NCBI GenBank assembly: GCA_018061645.1
Contig: JAGOTT010000001.1
Coordinates: 1,090 to 65,089 of the forward strand
Direction: 5' to 3'
DNA from: Candidatus Moraniibacteriota bacterium
GTDB lineage: Bacteria > Patescibacteriota > Minisyncoccia > Moranbacterales > UBA1568
DNA length: 64,000 bases
Shown one piece after another: positions 60,301-64,000 of this stretch. Below the pieces are notes generated by a model. The model saw only the letters and a list, made by a program, of their open reading frames with translations, did not search any database and was not told the origin of the DNA. Both the position numbers and the translations under genes were made by a program. Each line of letters begins with the position of its first letter. Position 1 is the first letter of the stretch.

Positions 60301-61536
60301 ATGCGCCAGTCACATCTGTTCACGAAGACGCGCCGTGAGGCACCCAAGGACGAGGAAAGCAGAAACGCCCAGCTTCTCATCCGCGCCGGATATGTCCACA
60401 AGGAGATGGCGGGTGTCTATGCGTATCTGCCTCTCGGTCTCCGTGCGTTCGAGAAGATCGTCGGCATCATCCGCGAGGAGATGAACGCGATCGGCGGACA
60501 GGAAATATCGATGACCGCGCTTCAGAATCCGGAAATCTGGAAGACGACCGACCGGTGGGATGATGGCAAGGTCGACAATTGGTTCAAGACGAAACTCAAG
60601 AACGGATCCGAGCTCAGTCTTGGTTTTACGCATGAGGAGCCGATGACGAACATGATTCGACCGTTCATCCAGTCGTACCGCGACCTTCCGAAATACGCCT
60701 ACCAGTTCCAGACGAAGTTCAGAAACGAGACGCGCGCGAAATCCGGCATCATGCGCGGACGCGAGTTCGTCATGAAGGATCTCTACTCGTTCTCGCGTTC
60801 GCAGGAAGAGCTCGATGCGTTTTACGAGGAAGCCGCCGCGGCGTATTCGCGCATCTTCGAACGGGTCGGTATCGGTGAGCGGACATACAAGACCTTCGCG
60901 TCCGGCGGAGTGTTCGCGAAGTACAGTCACGAGTATCAGACGGTCTGCGACGCGGGCGAGGATATCATCTATGTCGATGAGGAAAAGAATATCGCGGTCA
61001 ACAAGGAAGTGTATACCGACGAGGTGATCGCCGATCTCGGTCTCGAAAAGTCTGTGCTCGTGGAGCGGAAATCCATCGAGGTCGGAAACATCTTCAAGCT
61101 AGGGGTCCGGTTTTCCGAACCGCTCAATCTGATGTTCAAGGACGAAGCGGGTGTCATGAAACCGGTCGTGATGGGGTCGTACGGCATCGGTCCGGGGCGG
61201 CTCATGGGGACGATCGTCGAACTGCTTTCCGATGACAAGGGGATCGTCTGGCCGGAAGCGGTGGCGCCGTTCCGTGTCCATCTGCTCTCGCTCGGTGCGG
61301 ACGAAAAGACGGAGGAAATCTATCGGATGCTTTCGGATGCAGGCATCGATGTCCTGTATGATGACCGCGATATGCGCGCCGGCGAGAAGTTCGCGGAGAG
61401 CGATCTGCTCGGTATCCCGTACCGCGTCGTCGTCGGAAGGAAATCGCTCGAGACCGGCGAAGCGGAAGTGAAGAAGCGGACGGGCGACGATGTCGAGATG
61501 GTGAAGTTCGAAAAGCTCGTCGGGTATTTCAAATAA
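60301..61536 (+). CDS. proS: Prolyl-tRNA synthetase (short form lacking INS editing domain)
   Basis: MRQSHLFTKTRREAPKDEESRNAQLLIRAGY conserved ProRS N-terminus. Class II motifs and C-terminal anticodon-binding domain. Confidence 0.9.
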   Translation: MRQSHLFTKTRREAPKDEESRNAQLLIRAGYVHKEMAGVYAYLPLGLRAFEKIVGIIREEMNAIGGQEISMTALQNPEIWKTTDRWDDGKVDNWFKTKLKNGSELSLGFTHEEPMTNMIRPFIQSYRDLPKYAYQFQTKFRNETRAKSGIMRGREFVMKDLYSFSRSQEELDAFYEEAAAAYSRIFERVGIGERTYKTFASGGVFAKYSHEYQTVCDAGEDIIYVDEEKNIAVNKEVYTDEVIADLGLEKSVLVERKSIEVGNIFKLGVRFSEPLNLMFKDEAGVMKPVVMGSYGIGPGRLMGTIVELLSDDKGIVWPEAVAPFRVHLLSLGADEKTEEIYRMLSDAGIDVLYDDRDMRAGEKFAESDLLGIPYRVVVGRKSLETGEAEVKKRTGDDVEMVKFEKLVGYFK

Positions 61537-61547
61537 ATATTTCCATC

Positions 61548-62243
61548 ATGAAAAAAGGACGCATCATCATCTCGCTCGGGGGATCGCTCATCGTGCCGGA
61601 CGGCATCGATTGGAAGTTTCTCAAGGGTTTCAAGGAACTCATCGACGGCGAGGTCGCGAAAGGGCGGACATTCATTCTCGTGACGGGCGGCGGTCGTACC
61701 GCACGTTCCTATATCGACGCGGCGAGCCTCGTCGCGCCGGTTTCGGACGAGGATCGTGATTGGCTCGGCATCCATTCGACGCGTCTCAACGCGCATCTCG
61801 TGCGGACGATCTTCCGCGACCACGCATATCCACGGATCAACACGAACCCGCACGACCTCGACGATTTCTATCTCGCGAAAGAGCCGATCCTTGTGGCTGC
61901 CGGATGGCGTCCCGGACATTCGACCGACTATGACGCGGTGCTTCTGGGGAAATATCTCGACGCGACCAAGATTGCGAATCTTTCGAACATCAGCTACGTC
62001 TACGACAAGGATCCGAAGGAGCATCCGGACGCGAAGCGCTTCGATGCGATGACCTGGAAGGAATTCCGCGGACTCGTCGGGGAGGAGTGGAGCCCGGGGC
62101 TCAACACGCCCTTCGACCCGATCGCGGCGCGACTCGCCGAGCAGGAAGGCATGGAAGTGGCCATCCTCGCGGGAACCGACCTCCCGAACCTGGGAGCCTA
62201 TCTCGACGAAAAACCGTTCCAAGGAACGGTAATCAGGGACTGA
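61548..62243 (+). CDS. pyrH: Uridylate kinase (amino-acid-kinase fold)
   Basis: 231 aa: RIIISLGGSLIV...ILVTGGG. Confidence 0.6.
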   Translation: MKKGRIIISLGGSLIVPDGIDWKFLKGFKELIDGEVAKGRTFILVTGGGRTARSYIDAASLVAPVSDEDRDWLGIHSTRLNAHLVRTIFRDHAYPRINTNPHDLDDFYLAKEPILVAAGWRPGHSTDYDAVLLGKYLDATKIANLSNISYVYDKDPKEHPDAKRFDAMTWKEFRGLVGEEWSPGLNTPFDPIAARLAEQEGMEVAILAGTDLPNLGAYLDEKPFQGTVIRD

Positions 62244-62267
62244 CCTGTTTCCTCTATTATCATCCGA

Positions 62268-63974
62268 TCACCACGTCACCCGGAACACCTCGTCGATGTT
62301 CGTCGTGCCGAGGATCGCTTTCGCGAGGCCGTCGATGCCGAGCGTCTTGAACCCGTCGTCTTCGAGGATTTTCTTGAAAGCGGCGTCATCTTTCCCGGTC
62401 GTGGTCGCCTGGCGGACCCGGTCGTTCATTTCGAGCACTTCGAAGATGCCGACCCGACCGGAGTATCCCGTGAAATCGCAACGCGAACAGCCCTTCTCTT
62501 TGAAGAGCGGTATCTCGCCGAACGATGAGATCTGCTCCGGGATGATGCCGTAGTCTTTGAGAACGCGGATGGCGTAGGTCTCGTCGGTGAAACTCCGCAT
62601 GTTCTCGAGAGCCTTCCCTTCCGGATAATACTGTTCCCGACAGTGCGGGCAGAGCTTCCGGACGAGGCGTTGTGCGATGACGAGTCGGAGGGTGGATGCG
62701 ACGAGATACGGTTCGACACCCATGTCGAGAAGCCGCGGTATGGTTCCGATGGCGTTGTTCGTGTGGAGCGAGGAAAAGAGCGGCCGTCCAGTGAGGGATG
62801 CACGTACGGCGGTCGATGCGGTTTCCCCGTCGCGGATCTCGCCGACCATGACGATATCCGGATCCTGGCGAAGGATGGCGCGGAGTCCCGCGGGGAAGGT
62901 GAATTCGACTCCGGGGTTGATCTGCATCTGGGTGATGCGGGGCATGGTGTATTCGATCGGGTCCTCGATAGTGCTGATGTTGAGGACGCTCGCGCTCTTC
63001 GAGCCGATTTCCTGGAGGAACGTGTAGAGGGTCGTGGTCTTTCCTGAACCGGTCGGCCCCGTGATGAGGATCATCCCGAACGGTTTCGCGATATATTCCT
63101 GGATGAGGGCGTAGTCCTGTTCGAGCAGTCCGATATGTGCGAGATTGAGGATGACATTATCCTTGAGGAGCACGCGCAAGACGGCTTTTTCTCCCCACAT
63201 GGTCGGAGCGAGCGAGATACGGAGGTCAATCGGCTGCTCGTCCTTCTTGATGCGGATGCGGCCTTCCTGCGGTGTCCGGCGTTCGTCGAGTTCGAGCGAA
63301 GCCAGTACCTTGAGATAGGATATGAAGCGTTGATAGACGGAAATCGGAAGCACCGCGATTTCCCGGAGGAATCCGTCGATGCGGAACCGGACGACGAAGT
63401 CGGTCTCATACGGTTCGAGGTGGATGTCCGAGACCTCGAACGTCTGCGCGAGATCGAGGAGCGATTCGAAAAGACCGACCCCGGACTGTTCGTTGTATTT
63501 GAGATCCGCCTCGCTGTCATCGGTGTAGATCTGGAAGTTCGAGAGGGCGCGTCCGACGATGTCCTGCGTCGTTCCCTGATACAGGATGAGCCCCCGTCGG
63601 ATGGCGTTCTCGAGCGCGACGAACGATTTTACGGGCATGTTCGTCATCCGTTCTATCTCGGTCACCGTTCCGGCGTTTCTCGGATCGGCGAATCCGACGC
63701 AGAGCTGCCCCTCCTCGATCGCGAAGGGGAGCGAGAGGTGTTCAGCGACGAATTTCTCCGGGAGAAGCGCGAGGGTCGATTTGTCGATCGCGCTCATCTT
63801 GAGGTCGATCGCGGGAATCCCGAAATGCTCCGAGAGGAGATCGAGAAAGTATTGCCGTGAAACGAGATGTTCTTCAGCGATGACCTTTTCCAGCGGAACG
63901 CCGGCATCTGCGGCTTTTTTCTCGGCTGCGGCGAATTCTTCCGCCGTCATGATTCTTCCTTGTCCGGCGAACAT
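62268..63974 (-). CDS. pilB: Type IV pilus assembly ATPase PilB (GspE family)
   Basis: 568 aa. N-terminal GspII_E domain. Walker A ILITGPTGSGKTTTLY. Tetracysteine CPHC...CSRC. Confidence 0.9.
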   Translation of the reverse strand: MFAGQGRIMTAEEFAAAEKKAADAGVPLEKVIAEEHLVSRQYFLDLLSEHFGIPAIDLKMSAIDKSTLALLPEKFVAEHLSLPFAIEEGQLCVGFADPRNAGTVTEIERMTNMPVKSFVALENAIRRGLILYQGTTQDIVGRALSNFQIYTDDSEADLKYNEQSGVGLFESLLDLAQTFEVSDIHLEPYETDFVVRFRIDGFLREIAVLPISVYQRFISYLKVLASLELDERRTPQEGRIRIKKDEQPIDLRISLAPTMWGEKAVLRVLLKDNVILNLAHIGLLEQDYALIQEYIAKPFGMILITGPTGSGKTTTLYTFLQEIGSKSASVLNISTIEDPIEYTMPRITQMQINPGVEFTFPAGLRAILRQDPDIVMVGEIRDGETASTAVRASLTGRPLFSSLHTNNAIGTIPRLLDMGVEPYLVASTLRLVIAQRLVRKLCPHCREQYYPEGKALENMRSFTDETYAIRVLKDYGIIPEQISSFGEIPLFKEKGCSRCDFTGYSGRVGIFEVLEMNDRVRQATTTGKDDAAFKKILEDDGFKTLGIDGLAKAILGTTNIDEVFRVTW

Positions 63975-64000
63975 CTGCCGGAGATCCTCGATCGGTAGTG

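Overview
High-GC (~60%) bacterial chromosomal segment, densely packed and mostly housekeeping. A type IV pilus cluster sits at the left end: pilT, pilC, three tandem major-pilin paralogues, an inserted AAA-ATPase cassette, pilD and three minor pilins. pilB is at the far right end, on the minus strand. Between them are ligA, gatCAB, secE-nusG-rplK-rplA, dut, miaA, dnaE, rnhB, rpmF-nusB-rnc-smc, rpsP, rplJ-rplL, cspA, one tRNA-Gln(UUG), dnaX, a divergent membrane-partner/T4CP-like ATPase operon, ftsB, a PpiC-type PPIase, htrA, a 1535-aa tail-fibre-like repeat protein, clpB, proS and pyrH. No rRNA, CRISPR array, integrase or transposase was found. Most unusual is a pervasive population of 7-bp tandem repeats and two dispersed short repeat families. 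They build AT-rich inverted arrays in intergenic regions and also sit in-frame inside essential genes (ligA, rnhB, miaA, dnaX). One heptamer array lies in the leader-peptide coding region of a minor pilin and is a candidate phase-variation switch. A 1.3-kb AT-rich cassette carrying a DUF4143-type ATPase is inserted at the 5' end of pilD, flanked by an 81-bp duplicated pilD start. A small AT-rich islet next to tRNA-Gln carries an HTH/LAGLIDADG-like protein. A three-gene operon (41990..46234) looks like a split type-IV-coupling-protein-like ATPase with a membrane partner and a C-terminal Zn-ribbon; it is the best candidate for an undescribed module. All assignments come from reading motifs in the supplied translations; no database search was possible.
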